NCBI GenBank assembly: GCA_951406725.2
Contig: OX597827.1
Span: forward strand, 23,560,001 to 23,624,000
DNA: 64,000 bases
DNA from: Octopus vulgaris
Taxonomy: Eukaryota
Direction of reading: 5' to 3'
This document shows, piece by piece, positions 42,511-55,039 of the stretch (its first letter is position 1; each line of letters begins with the position of its first letter). Made by a program: the position numbers and the translations under genes. The notes under the pieces are model-generated. The model did no database searches and had not been told where the DNA came from. It was given only the letters and a program-made list of their open reading frames with translations.

Positions 42511-42947
42511 TCTTGAAGGAGGGCAATGTGTGTGTGTGCTTGTTTGTGTGTGTGTGTGGGGGGGGGTGTAATGAATATAGTGATGTATGTACGTTTTTAA
42601 AATCTGTGATGCCACGGTACTTAGTCCAGCCGAACTCCCTTTAATAACGCATAGTGTTTAAAAACTCAACATAACTCAAAGCTAAGTGAAACGAAATCAA
42701 GCTGGAAGAGGAAGAATGTGACAGATATCGATATTTCACGGCCACTTCCACTCTCAAAACCATTCACAGATCCACCTCCGAAACGGCTTGCCGCGGCCGA
42801 ATAGAGGTTTGTATACAAATAGTGTAAATACTTTTTGCCAGTGTATAAATCGAATTTATACACATACATACATACATACATACATACATACATACATACA
42901 TACATACACACATACATTCATACATACACACATACGTAAATACATAA

Positions 42948-42997
<50 letters not shown>

Positions 42998-43251
42998 GTC
43001 CTTTTGTCCAAAGTAAGCCAATAAAATTTCATATTCCTGATGAATTGTTAAATATCAATAAAAAAAGAAGTTCGATCCCTATCGCAAGCTTATGAAGAAA
43101 GCTGTCGTGGGACTAATTTTACAATAAGATCAAATGTTAGATATGGATATGAGTCGTGTGTTTATATCTATCCACCCAACTCCCTTATATGTGATAAACT
43201 ATATCAACTAAAGCAATATCTATTTATATTTATGATATAGTCGTTCATCTT

Positions 43252-43315
<64 letters not shown>

Positions 43316-43634
43316 CTATCTTTCTTTCTCTTTTGTGTATGTGGCCAGAAGAGCAATACAACAGTAGATGTACTACTATACGTCGTCTGCTTTCTCCATT
43401 CTGCTTCAGCTATAACGCAATGCAACACATTGTTGCTATATAAAGTGGCATTCTGCTGACCGCTGTCCGCTTGAATTACCCCCACGGATTTAACTGACCA
43501 TGTTGTTTAAGCAATCAAATCTGACATTGCTGTCACCTCGCTATAAATTTCACAACACTCAGATTTTCCAATTTACCTTTTCAATCAATTAACCCAGAAC
43601 TACACTTCCGGTAAAATTCGCACAACCACGAAGG

Positions 43635-43691
<57 letters not shown>

Positions 43692-43696
43692 TATAC

Positions 43697-43759
<63 letters not shown>

Positions 43760-43762
43760 TAT

Positions 43763-43805
<43 letters not shown>

Positions 43806-43810
43806 TATAC

Positions 43811-43919
<109 letters not shown>

Positions 43920-45144
43920 CATATATACACATATATATATATATGTGTGTGTGTGTGTGCGCGCGTGTAATTTTTATCTAATATACTTCTGGTAGATTTC
44001 GTTGAGTCTCTTTTACTTGTTGTAGACTTTTGTAACTGTCAAAATTCTGCAATATATTCTCACTGTTATAATTAAAGTCAATGTAAGGACCTCCGCTTGT
44101 CGTTTTTGTGGTGAGCGGGGACTTAGAAACCAACAAATATTTTGATCGACAAATTTGCGGTAATTCAGTTTAATTTTCTGCATTATATTGCCAGTGACTT
44201 TCTGGCTGTCAAAGTAGTCTCAATCTTCTGGTTTATATTTTGTGTTGATGAAAATTTCAGCTGATTTATTTCTTTTCTTTTTATTTTAAATTTTCAATAT
44301 ATATATATATATATTCTTTTGGTTTTGTCCGCAGCTGTCTGCGTGTTCTAATTGATGTAGAATTAACTTAGCTTCTTTTCATTTCTTCGGGATTGGTGAT
44401 AATTGTAAATGAATTCAATAAGTTTGTCTGAGTGTTTAAGAAGTTCGCTTTGCACAGATAAGCTTTAGGTTCAATCTACTTGTGTTGCACCTTTGGCAAA
44501 TAACTTCTATCAATATCATAACCTCAGGTCAAGAAAAGCCGCATGAGCAAAATTGGGTCAAAAGAAACTATATGGAAGCCCGGTGCAGAGATTGTTCTTT
44601 GTTTTTAGTGAGCTTAATCAATCACCTGGTTTAACACCTTTAGCTAGCCAACTTAGAAATGTCACCTCTGCTGCAAATACTCTGACAAGACACGCAGTCA
44701 AAAGATAATTTACTTCCTCCCTCTCTTCCTGCCAACAGCGACGTAAATCCTTTAAAAGTTCAGGGCCACTGACCTTCTTCTTCTGACAGAGCCAATGAGA
44801 TAGAAAACGTTCCTCATCGATTCAGTGAGGTTGTAACATTCATGTCTTTTCCAAAAGTATTACTGGAGTAAAAGGAACAGATACTCAATGAAGCTGTTTA
44901 TTGTTTATCTCCTACAGCAACCAGTTATGTACTGGGGCCCATTCAGGAGAGTCTTCTTCACTGGAGATGTGTTACTGATTGGCAACAAGGAAGTCAAGGT
45001 GGGGGCGGGTCTCTGCCGGAGACAGCAGGAATATATAAAAGGGAGAAATTCCTGAGAGAGAAGAACGTGACAAAACCGGATGTAAGACAGAGAGACAGAC
45101 AGACAGACAGGCAGGCAGGCAGGCAGACAGACAGACAGACAGAC

Positions 45145-45201
<57 letters not shown>

Positions 45202-45279
45202 TTATTAAAACTCGAGTCGCATTCGTTCGACTCAATTCAATATTCGTGTGTGTAAGCATGTTTATGTGTGTACAGGCGC

Positions 45280-45314
<35 letters not shown>

Positions 45315-46097
45315 TGTGTGTGTAATATTTTAGCAGCAATTTTATACACAGCAGTAATAAAACGTCATTTGTTACACAAAATGAGAAGATAAAATTTGGA
45401 TTTAGACAGGAACACAAGGAAAACGGCTGGAAATGGTTAGCATTTAACAAAAATCAACATAAAAAATGTGTTGTAAAAGGAAAGAGAATATAAATATGGT
45501 TTCTTGTTTAAATGTCAAATGTTGTATGAATGCGTTCATAAAAATTATTTGAATGATATTCCTTGAGTGTCAAATGTTAGTTCTTTTGAAAGAAAACCAC
45601 ATGTGGCGCAAGTAGATAATGACATTGATGGAAAGGGAAAAAAATGTCAAACTTCCTTTTTTCCAGGAAGATGTCGATCATAATGGTTGTTAACGGATTG
45701 TGAGATTTTTAATAGATTCTTCTTCTAAGTCTACAGAAACACATAAATACTTATTTACACATTTGTTGCCAATTGACCCTCAACCTAATCCTAAGCCAAT
45801 TCCGGCGCATGTTGAACTCACAGCAAAATAGAGTATGGTAGAAATCTGTACTATAACGGAGAAAGCTGTTTATTAATTAGTTATGATTGTGTAACTTTTT
45901 ACTAACAGAAAGTGATTATTAACGTCTGCACTGTGTAGAAAACTCGTTAAAAATTTAACTTTAACCTTTTTTTAATTAAAATGTGTTTTTTTTTAAAAAA
46001 GCTCCTATTATTCAAGATTTCAACTGCGTGATTCAATTCTAATTCATTGCGAGAATTTGAATTGAATTTTAACTTCTTACTCCCTTCACCTCTCTCT

Positions 46098-46170
<73 letters not shown>

Positions 46171-46192
46171 GATCTATCTATCTATCTATCTA

Positions 46193-46232
<40 letters not shown>

Positions 46233-46323
46233 CAGTATATATTCACGTGTGTGCGTGAGTGTGTATACCGTTTGGCATTATGATGTTATACATGATGCTC
46301 AATATTTTTGTATATTCTTCTTG

Positions 46324-46418
<95 letters not shown>

Positions 46419-46448
46419 AATTAACGTAGGTATAATTCAAATACTTTT

Positions 46449-46535
46449 ACTTCCGACACATGTTTCGAAGATTTCACTGATATTATTCAAAAGTATAAAT
46501 GGTGTAAAGCAACGTAATCTTCTCTTCAGGGAAGT
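46449..46535 (-). ncRNA. Type I hammerhead ribozyme, canonical core
   Basis: Minus strand reads ACTTCC-CTGAAGA-GAAGATT-(42 nt)-AATCTTC-GAAACATGTGTC|GGAAGT: 6-bp stem I, 7-bp stem II, ACA/TGT stem III, GUC cleavage triplet. Confidence 0.8.
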
Positions 46536-46591
46536 GAAGAAATGAAACTCGTCAATAAGACATTTTAACAGAAATGTATATCTATTTCCAG

Positions 46592-46690
46592 CATTGGCAA
46601 ATTCCTCTCAGCAAAAGGTTTCGAGCCCTAAAATTATGGTTCGTCATCCGATCCTTCGGCGTGGAAGGTCTTCAGAAACACATACGTCAC
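46592..46690 (+). CDS. HDC: HDC exon (99 nt)
   Basis: ttccag|CAT...CAC|gtgagt; [33 protein letters not shown]. Ser in IPLS is the HDC-specific residue (Gly in DDC). Confidence 0.95.
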
Positions 46691-47526
46691 GTGAGTCGAT
46701 CGTTTATTTTTATTCCTTGATATTGTCGTTGCTGTTGTTGTTGTTGCTTTTAAAACTTCTTGATGATAAGAGATTAGAAGCCATGAAATATTACACTGGT
46801 TTCTTATGTCACCTAAGCGATCCAGTTACTTGACTCACAAAACATCCAAAGGGCTGATTGCTTAATACTGGTATCCAAAGCGTTAAGAAGATGAGAGATA
46901 CGAATCTCCTGGATGAGTCGATAGAGGAAAAGACGATTTGAATTAAAATTACTCACTTCGACCGCTGATTTGTTTTTTATTTTTATTTTTTTTACCATAA
47001 TAACTATGAGATCAATTTAAAAAGTAAACTACTGCCTCGAACCTTGGGACTTGTAAGGTCAGTGGACGGTTTCTATGGCGTGTTTGGGACCGGGACCATG
47101 ATGTTGCTTCTACACGACACCAGTCCATCGCAAGGGTACTCGTTGACAGCTGAGTAGACTGAGGATTAAAGTGTTTATCGAGGAGTGAAGTGTTTTGCTG
47201 AAGAACACAACGCACAGCTCGATCGAGAGATTATCATAACCTAAGTAAGAAACGAAGCCGCCGGATGATGTCCCACAAACGACCATCTCTCTTGACTTTC
47301 AAATTACAGCCGCTCTTTTTGGCAACTTTCCAATAAAATCTCAACAAATTTTGCCAATGTCTCTCCTACACACAACAATTCCTCAGGTTGGCACCACAAA
47401 ATGCTTTTCTGTTCATAAAGTTTCTAAAAGTGTTGCCTACACTCAACAAAACTCTTCTCATCTCCATCACACCTTCTTCACCTCCGCCATCACTGCTACC
47501 ACTAACACCACCACCAGCAATAACAG

Positions 47527-47900
47527 TGGAGGCGCAATGGCCCAATGGTTAGGGCAGCGGACTCGCAGTCGGAGGATCGCGGTTTCGATTCCCAGACTGG
47601 GCGTTGTGAGTGTTTATTGACCGAAAACACCTAAAGCTGCACGAGGCTCCCGCAGGGGGGTGGGGGTGGCGACCCCTGTTGTACTCTTTCACTCCAACTT
47701 TCTCTCACTACTTTCTTCCTGTTTCTTGTCCCCGACTTCCTACGCAACTGCTGAGCCTGGATGCGCATTCATCCATCCGTCGATGCTCTCGGTGTCGGGG
47801 GTTGACCTGCTTTCTCTTCCGCAGGTCTTGCGAATAGCAAAGGACCACGTTCCGGACTTCTCCTACTGCGAGCTCTGGGACGAAGACCGTTCGCTCAACA
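47527..47900 (+). mobile_element. tRNA-headed SINE with (CAA/CAG)n tail
   Basis: GGAGGCGCAATGGCCCAATGGTTAGGGC...GGTTTCGATTCCC head and GC-rich body. Confidence 0.6.
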
Positions 47901-48833
47901 GCAACAGCAACAGCAACACTACAACCATCACTGCTACCACCACTTCCATCACCACCACTGCTACCATCAACACCAACACCTGCATCACCATCACCACCAC
48001 CACCAACACCATCATCACCACCACCACCACCTTATGTCTTAACATTCAGCACCATCACTACCACTACTATAACTACCACCTGTACGTGTATAAAGTCAGT
48101 AACAATAAACAGCATTAAAACTGGTAAAGTGACCCTCTCGAGATACAATTTTTTTAGTCCTTTTATATAAAACTAGCACTATGACCTGGCAACGCTGGGT
48201 CATAGTGCTAGTGCATGCATATACAGCTGCGTGCATGCTCACATACACGCGAGTACTGTCCAAATCTCCGACCAATCACATACAGCTAGCTGGCATTCAA
48301 TTGGCATATCAAGTTTCAGGCATTTTGATTGGGTTTTGGATAGAAAATTCACAAAAGAATCACTTCTATTGATTTTTAATGGCTTTGCGGGGAAACTGGG
48401 GAAATGTAAAGATGTGCACGACCACCCTTGGACGGTTTTGAATGACCATAGAAAGTGCGAGCCCTCTAACTGAAAAATTGTGGATTTGTATAAAGGACAC
48501 ACACACAGACATTTTGCCGTTTATACATAGAGAGATCGAATCGGGAACCGGGCGAAACTCTACTGAAGGCCGTTTGACAACCCTGCTGTGTTTGTAAATG
48601 TATTGGTGTATCATAGTGTGTGTGCGTGTGAGAGAAAGAGGGAGTCATTGAGTGAATGGTGCGTGTGTACGAGTGTGTGTGTGCATGCGTGAGTGTCTGT
48701 GTGTGTGTGTGAGTGAGCGAGTGAGCGATAGCTAGATGTGTGCGTGTGTGAGGAATTGGTCTTCAGTTGTTCTTTATCCAAACCAAACCTAACAAACCCA
48801 ATTTCTTTTTATTTGTCTCCTGTGCAACAACAG

Positions 48834-48935
48834 GGAGTCAAGTTGGCCATATTGTTTGAGACCTTAATGAAACACGATGAAAGATTTGAAATCCCTGCCG
48901 AACGTCACCTGGGTATGGTTGTTTTTAGACTGAAG
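48834..48935 (+). CDS. HDC: HDC exon (102 nt)
   Basis: caacag|GGA...AAG|gtaagt; GVKLAILFETLMKHDERFEIPAERHLGMVVFRLK. Confidence 0.95.
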
Positions 48936-49260
48936 GTAAGTGATTCGCCTTTATCTCACCTGAACAGTTATTTATTTCATTATTGCCCATAGGGGGATAA
49001 ACATAGAGGGGACAAATAAGGAGAAACAAAGGGATTAAGTCGATTACATGGACACAAGTGCTCAACTGGTACTTATTTAATCGACCCCGAAAGGATGACA
49101 AGAAAAGTCGACCTCGGCGGAATTTGAACTCGGAACGTAACGACAGACGAAATTCGCTTTCATTGTATACACGTGTTTTTGTGTTAAGCCCTACTTGTCT
49201 CTTGTTTTCTATTGGTCTTTTTTTCTTTTCTGTTCGGCCCTTATGGCCAATAAAGAAAAG

Positions 49261-49344
<84 letters not shown>

Positions 49345-49347
<3 letters not shown>

Positions 49348-50454
49348 TAGTTTTATTTTTATAGCGTGCTTTCACTTCACTACCGAGCGCAGCTCTGTGT
49401 GCCTTGGGTATGTGCTGTGATTTGTTGTGATGCTCTGATGGTTATTGTATGGAAAGTGTTCTGCGTAGGATGTGTGCAGTGCCTAGTAGTGTAATTTTCT
49501 GTATGTTATATGTGTTTGTAAGTCCTGGTGTTTTTGTTATGTATTTGTCTGAATATTTTTTTTATCATGCCTAATGCACCTACTATGATAGGAATTGTTT
49601 CTGTTTTCAGATTCCACATTCTAGTTACCTCTATTTCCAGGTCTTTGTATTTTGAGAGTTTCTCCATTTCTTTTAGAGATACGTTGTCATCTGCCGGTAT
49701 TGATACATCAATTAGAAAGCATTTTTTTCCTTCATGATCTCTGACAACTATATCTGGTCTGTTGGCCTTAATTTCTCTATCTGTGTGTATCGGCATATCC
49801 CAGAGTATGGTTGCTTTCTCGTTTTCTGTGACCTTTTCTGGTGTGTGCCTATACCATCTTTTTTCTGTTGTTATTCCATAATGTTGGCATAGCTTCCAAT
49901 GTATGTAGGTTCCAACTCTGTCATGTCTGTGAATATATTCCTTCTTAGCCAGGACTGGGCAGCTAGAGATAATATGATTTATTGTTTCTTGTCCATCTCC
50001 ACATATTCTGCAGTTACTTGTAATATTTCTTTTCATTACATGTTTTTGGTAATTTCTGGTGGGGAGGCTTTGGTCTTGTGCTGCAATTAAAAATCCCTCT
50101 GTCTCTGCTTTGAGTCCTGAGCTTCTCAACCATTGCTGGGATTTTTCTTTGTCTATTTCTTTTGCGTTTAGTTTAGTGCAGTATTTACCATGAAGGGGCT
50201 TTTCTTGCCATCGTTTTATCATGGCTCGTTGCTGTTCTATTTTTAGTTTGGATTTCATTTGTTTTATAGCTTTTGTTGTTTCTTCATCATCTTCTTCTTC
50301 TTCTTTGTGTTTATTAGGTGGTATGATTTCTTGTTTGTATTTGTCAGCTTCCTTAAATACTGAGAACAGTTTTTTGTTTTGCTCGTGTTTTGCTGCTATC
50401 TGTTTTTTTTGCTGCTATCTGTTTTTTTGCTGCTATCTGCTCGTGTTTTGCTGC

Positions 50455-50455
<1 letters not shown>
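49345..50455 (-). mobile_element. 5'-truncated R4/Dong-like LINE (CCHC knuckle plus restriction-like endonuclease)
   Basis: ORF 49506-50258: CRICGDGQETINHIISSC, RHD, ILWD, RPDIVV, LIDVSIP, EKLSKY, IIVGALG; flanked by (TTA)n on both sides. Confidence 0.88.
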
Positions 50456-50509
<54 letters not shown>

Positions 50510-50639
50510 GACGTCGCACAGTATACAATATCGTGAGGTTGTTGATTGAAGATATTGTGTCTACCGGGGTTTGTACTCAAGCCATAACAAGGACCTCAGA
50601 CAGACAGCACTTGACGCAATATGTGTGCAGTTCCAACTA

Positions 50640-51000
50640 ATGCCGACTTTTGCAATACACCTAGATTGTAGGGTATTTCTAAAGCTTTCAGATGGTTTTT
50701 TTTTGTTTGGTTTTTTTTTTCAGATTGGATGGTATTGAAACCCAATGCTCCGATGACAATAGGAATAACTTATTGTAGCTCGTCTCATCTTCGCGATCTC
50801 AATTCTCAGGTCTCCATATTTATCAACTTTTTCTCTTTCTTTCATGATGATGTGCTGATCTCCTGGCACTGCTACGTCGATTATTAGGCTCTCTTGTTTG
50901 TCCCTCCTAAAGATTACTATATCCAGCTTTCGGTGCTCCAACACTTTGTCTGTCTGGAAATCAAAGTCCCAGAGGATTTTTGCTTCCCCTTTTCGTCCAT
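50640..51000 (-). mobile_element. R4/Dong-like LINE endonuclease fragment
   Basis: KILWDFDFQTDKVLEHRKLDIVIF...IIDVAVPGD...KEREKVDKY; lies between (TTA)n and (TCA)n/(TTA)n tracts. Confidence 0.8.
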
Positions 51001-51002
51001 TT

Positions 51003-51034
<32 letters not shown>

Positions 51035-51265
51035 TATTATTATTAAAGCGGCGAGCTGGCAAAATGCTTAGCGGCATTTCGGCCGTCACTATGTTCTGAG
51101 TTCAAATTCCGCCGAGATCAACTTTACCTTTCATCCTTTCAATGTCGATAAAATAAGTACCAGTTGAACACTGGGGTCAATGTAATCGGCTCGTCCCCTC
51201 TCCCAAAATTACTGCTCTTGTAGCAAAATTTGAAACCATTATTATTATTGTTGTTGTTGTTGTTG

Positions 51266-51329
<64 letters not shown>

Positions 51330-51344
51330 CATCATTATTATTAT

Positions 51345-53110
51345 TTGCTTTTAATCTGCCTGTTTGTTACAATCACTCGCCAAGACACACCCAGCGTCCT
51401 AGGGCGAGTGAAGGATAAGAAATGTTACAGCACGACTGGAAGCTTGGGGGGGGAAGCGGTAGGGGCAATAGCAAAATATATTCATGTAATACGACACCGA
51501 CATTTAAATTGATAGGATTCTTCTAAAGATGTGGGCAATACTTTTCAGCACAATCTTTTGAATTTCTCTGAGACATGGTTCTCCTGGGATATTATCTAGA
51601 TGTTTCTAATATCCCTTTCTTATCATACCTAAGGCACCCACAATAACAGGAATAGTTCTCGCTTTAAGATGCTACATCTTTTGTATATCAATTTCCAGGT
51701 CCTTATATTTACTTAATTTGTTAAATTCTTTTACAGATATATTTTTATCAGTGGGAACATTTACATCTATTAGTCTACTATGTTTGGTCGATTAGCCTGG
51801 ATCGTTCTGTCGGTGTTGACTGGAAAACCCCAGAAGACAGTGACATTTTTACCTTCAACGACTGACTTAGGGTGATGTTCATACCATTAAGCAGGAGTGC
51901 TGATTTTGTAGTGTTTACATATTTTCCTCTGTAAATACCCGAGGTGAGATGGTCTATTGTTTCATCAAATTTATCGCAGAATCTGCATTTAGGGTCAGAA
52001 CTGTTTTGAAGAATGTTAACCTGGCAGTTTTTGGTAAGCAAGCTTTGATCTTCTGTCGCCAATAGGAAACCTTCAGTCTCTGATGGGTTGTCGCTTGGTC
52101 TACATCAGCATTTCGGCTTTAAAGTATATACTGTCCATGCAGAGGTTTCTGGCCCCACCGCTCCTCAATTTGTTTCTGCCCTTTCTTTTTTGCAGTCTGT
52201 TTGATCCGTTTTGCTTGTTTGGTGGCAGTGGTTTCAGGTTCTTCATCTAATTCAGGGTTAATGCCATATTCCCTTGCGAATTTGCAAGCTTCCTTGACAA
52301 TGGAATGTGATTTTTTGCTGCTTTCGTGTTTGCACTCAAGCTGTAGCATCCAATCTTCTATATTAAATAAGTACCTGTTCATTGCTATTGTGGTGGTCAT
52401 ATAACACAGTTCTACCTGCATAATTCCTCTTCCCTATATTACTTCTAGGTAGGTACAGACGTTCTTAGATGTTAGTAGTTTTCTTGTCTTCCTATCCAGG
52501 CATTGGAACTCTGTAAGATTCCAGTTAATCATGTTAAAACTATATTGGACGTCTGGAAGTGCCAGGGTGTTAATGGCTTCGATGCAATTTTTAGGGTTAA
52601 ATTCAGTTTTTAGTATGAGTCGTATTCTCCTGTGATATTCCTTTCTTATTTTTCCCTTCATAGTAGCGTCATGTATACCGTCTCCTTCGTTTATCCCCAG
52701 GTATTTATAGCTTCTTTGTGGGCCAAGCTCCTTGATGGTGGTGTCGGTATCTAATTTAACGGAAGCTGTTTACCTGAGCTTGTCTCTTACAAAATTTACT
52801 TTAGAACACTTATCAAGGCCCAAATCCATCCTGATGTCAATGCTGGACTCTTTAACAGTTGTTAGCAGCCTCATTAGCTCTTCGTCATTTCTAGCAAACA
52901 GCTTCAATTCGTCCATATAAAGCAGATGATTTACTGTAATATCATCCATTTTGAACCCATACCTGGTGTTACTCAGTTCGTTTGAGAGTGGGATCAGTGC
53001 CATGCAAAAGAGTAATGGGGAGAGGGAGTCACCTTTAAAGATGCCTCGTTTGATGTTGATGTTGTTAGATTGGCTCATTCCATTACTATGGTTTAGAAGA
53101 ACACTTGGCC
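51345..53110 (-). mobile_element. Decayed R4/Dong-like LINE (RT to endonuclease)
   Basis: RT motifs RGIFKGDSLSPLLF, NHLLYMDELKLFA and GLDKC, then KPLHGQY and CRFCDKFDETIDHL, with frameshifts. Confidence 0.85.
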
Positions 53111-53216
53111 AAGCTACCTTGTAAGAATTTGGAGATAACAAGAGAGATCTTGTATATCGCAAGGGCCTTGAGTAGCCAATTAAGTGGGACACTGTAGTTT
53201 CTACAATCATTTCATT

Positions 53217-53258
<42 letters not shown>

Positions 53259-53271
53259 ATTATTATTATCA

Positions 53272-53305
<34 letters not shown>

Positions 53306-53525
53306 GGCGGCGAGCTGGCAGTATCGTTGGCATACCGGGCGAAATGCTTAGCGGTATTTCGTCCGTCTCTATGTTCGGAGTTCAAATTCCGCCGAGGTCG
53401 ACTTTACCTTTCATCCTTTTGGGGGGTTGATGAAATAAGTACCAGTTACGCTCTGGGGTTGATGTAACCGACTTAAACCCCTCTTACAAGTTGCCTTGTG
53501 GCAAAAATTTGAAATCATCATCATC

Positions 53526-53566
<41 letters not shown>

Positions 53567-53588
53567 TATCATTATTATCATTATCATC

Positions 53589-53682
<94 letters not shown>

Positions 53683-53688
53683 TTTCAG

Positions 53689-54669
53689 GGTGAAAACGAA
53701 CTGACTGAACTCCTTCTGAAGTTGCTGAACAAATCAGGCAAACTTCACATGGTTCCAGCTTCTTTCAAGGGGAAATACGTCATAAGATTCACGGTGACCT
53801 CACAGTACACCACGGAGGAAGACATCCGAGGCGACTTCAAAACCATCCAGGACACTGCAAGTGTTGTATTGAGAGACTTGAGCTTACTAATGAACAAAAG
53901 CAAAGAGGACGAACTCATCCGGGACATACCGGAAATACCCGAAGAGAAAGCTATAATTACGTCATCGGAGGAAACAAAGCTCGAACGAACGCTGTCAATG
54001 AAAAGACGTGATTTTGGAATGAGTCTGATTCTGAGTCATGTACCCTGCTCACCAAAATTCATAAACGGTAGCTTTGCAGCAATTTTTGATAATAATGAAA
54101 CCATTTTGGAGTTTGCGCGTCACCTGACTAGTAGCGACATCAATGGCCGACCAATTCGTCTGTCACCACGGCGCGGCGTCAAACTGAGGGAGCAGGCCAA
54201 GCAACACAGTTTGGACTTCAGCACTCTGATTCCTGGTAGACGTATGTCTACGGGAACAGCTAGATTCAAGCAGGGTTCGCTGGACACCAAAGTTGACGAC
54301 ATTCTCGACTCCACTCCAGACAACTACTACAGCAATGGTTTCGACGAGGTTAATGGGAAGAAAAACGACAAAGAAGAAGGAAAAGAAAATAAAGACGAGG
54401 AGGAAGAACAAGAACTTGATGCACAAAACAAACAGCAAGAAGAGCAGCAACAACAAAAACAACAGCTTCAGGTGCTGCAGCTGCAACAGAATCAACTGCA
54501 TTCCGTATTAGCTGCATCGCAGGAGAAAGCCTCGTCTTTCCTCGATAAAATCAAGAAGCTGACACCGAAGAGGCTCACGGGTGAAACTGCTGCCAATAAC
54601 AACAGCTCCCCGGTTAAGATGTCCAACGGTTTACATATGTGTCCTCATTGTGGTAAATCGATTGTGTGA
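53689..54669 (+). CDS. HDC: HDC terminal coding exon: end of catalytic domain plus long C-terminal extension
   Basis: tttcag|GGT GAA AAC...TGA; GENELTELLLKLLNKSGKLHMVPASFKGKYVIRFTVTS..., then SLILSHVPCSPKFINGSFAAIFD (resembles the invertebrate HDC tail motif), an acidic/polyQ stretch, and the end MCPHCGKSIV*. Confidence 0.95.
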   Translation, partial: GENELTELLLKLLNKSGKLHMVPASFKGKYVIRFTVTSQYTTEEDIRGDFKTIQDTASVVLRDLSLLMNKSKEDELIRDIPEIPEEKAIITSSEETKLERTLSMKRRDFGMSLILSHVPCSPKFINGSFAAIFDNNETILEFARHLTSSDINGRPIRLSPRRGVKLREQAKQHSLDFSTLIPGRRMSTGTARFKQGSLDTKVDDILDSTPDNYYSNGFDEVNGKKNDKEEGKENKDEEEEQELDAQNKQQEEQQQQKQQLQVLQLQQNQLHSVLAASQEKASSFLDKIKKLTPKRLTGETAANNNSSPVKMSNGLHMCPHCGKSIV

Positions 54670-55033
54670 AAAGAAAACTGCAGCGGCGGCGGCGGCGGAA
54701 AGAGCAAATCCAGCCAAACATAAAGTAAACCGACCAACCAGCAAGCCAACCGGAATTGAGACAGATTAAAGAGAGATTGTTTTATTGGATTATCATTAAT
54801 AGTGTCTAGATGGTTCTATGTAATTCTAAGGAAGTGAAAACTGGTGAAACTCCATGAAATATCACACACGTACACACAACAAAAAGACATTTAAATAGAA
54901 CATTTTAAACAGAAACACGGTTAAAGCTATATAGGTATAAATGCGTGTGCGTACATGTGTGTGTTTGCGTGTATGTGTGAGTGCTCACGCGTGCATATAT
55001 GTTATATGTGTTTAGATTACAATTGTTGTCACG

Positions 55034-55039
55034 AATAAA
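55034..55039 (+). promoter_or_regulatory. Candidate HDC polyadenylation signal AATAAA
   Basis: First AATAAA I saw after the stop codon; others occur further downstream, so the true 3' end is unknown. Confidence 0.25.

Noticed and set aside
46613-46615. Lys in SKRFR as an editing-restored Arg
   Set aside because: As I recall, SKRFR is common in invertebrate HDCs, so no special explanation is needed.
53491-53688. N-terminal poly-S/poly-L part of the 392-aa ORF
   Set aside because: Intronic (TCA)n/(TTA)n upstream of the true acceptor at 53688; not a signal peptide or transmembrane segment.
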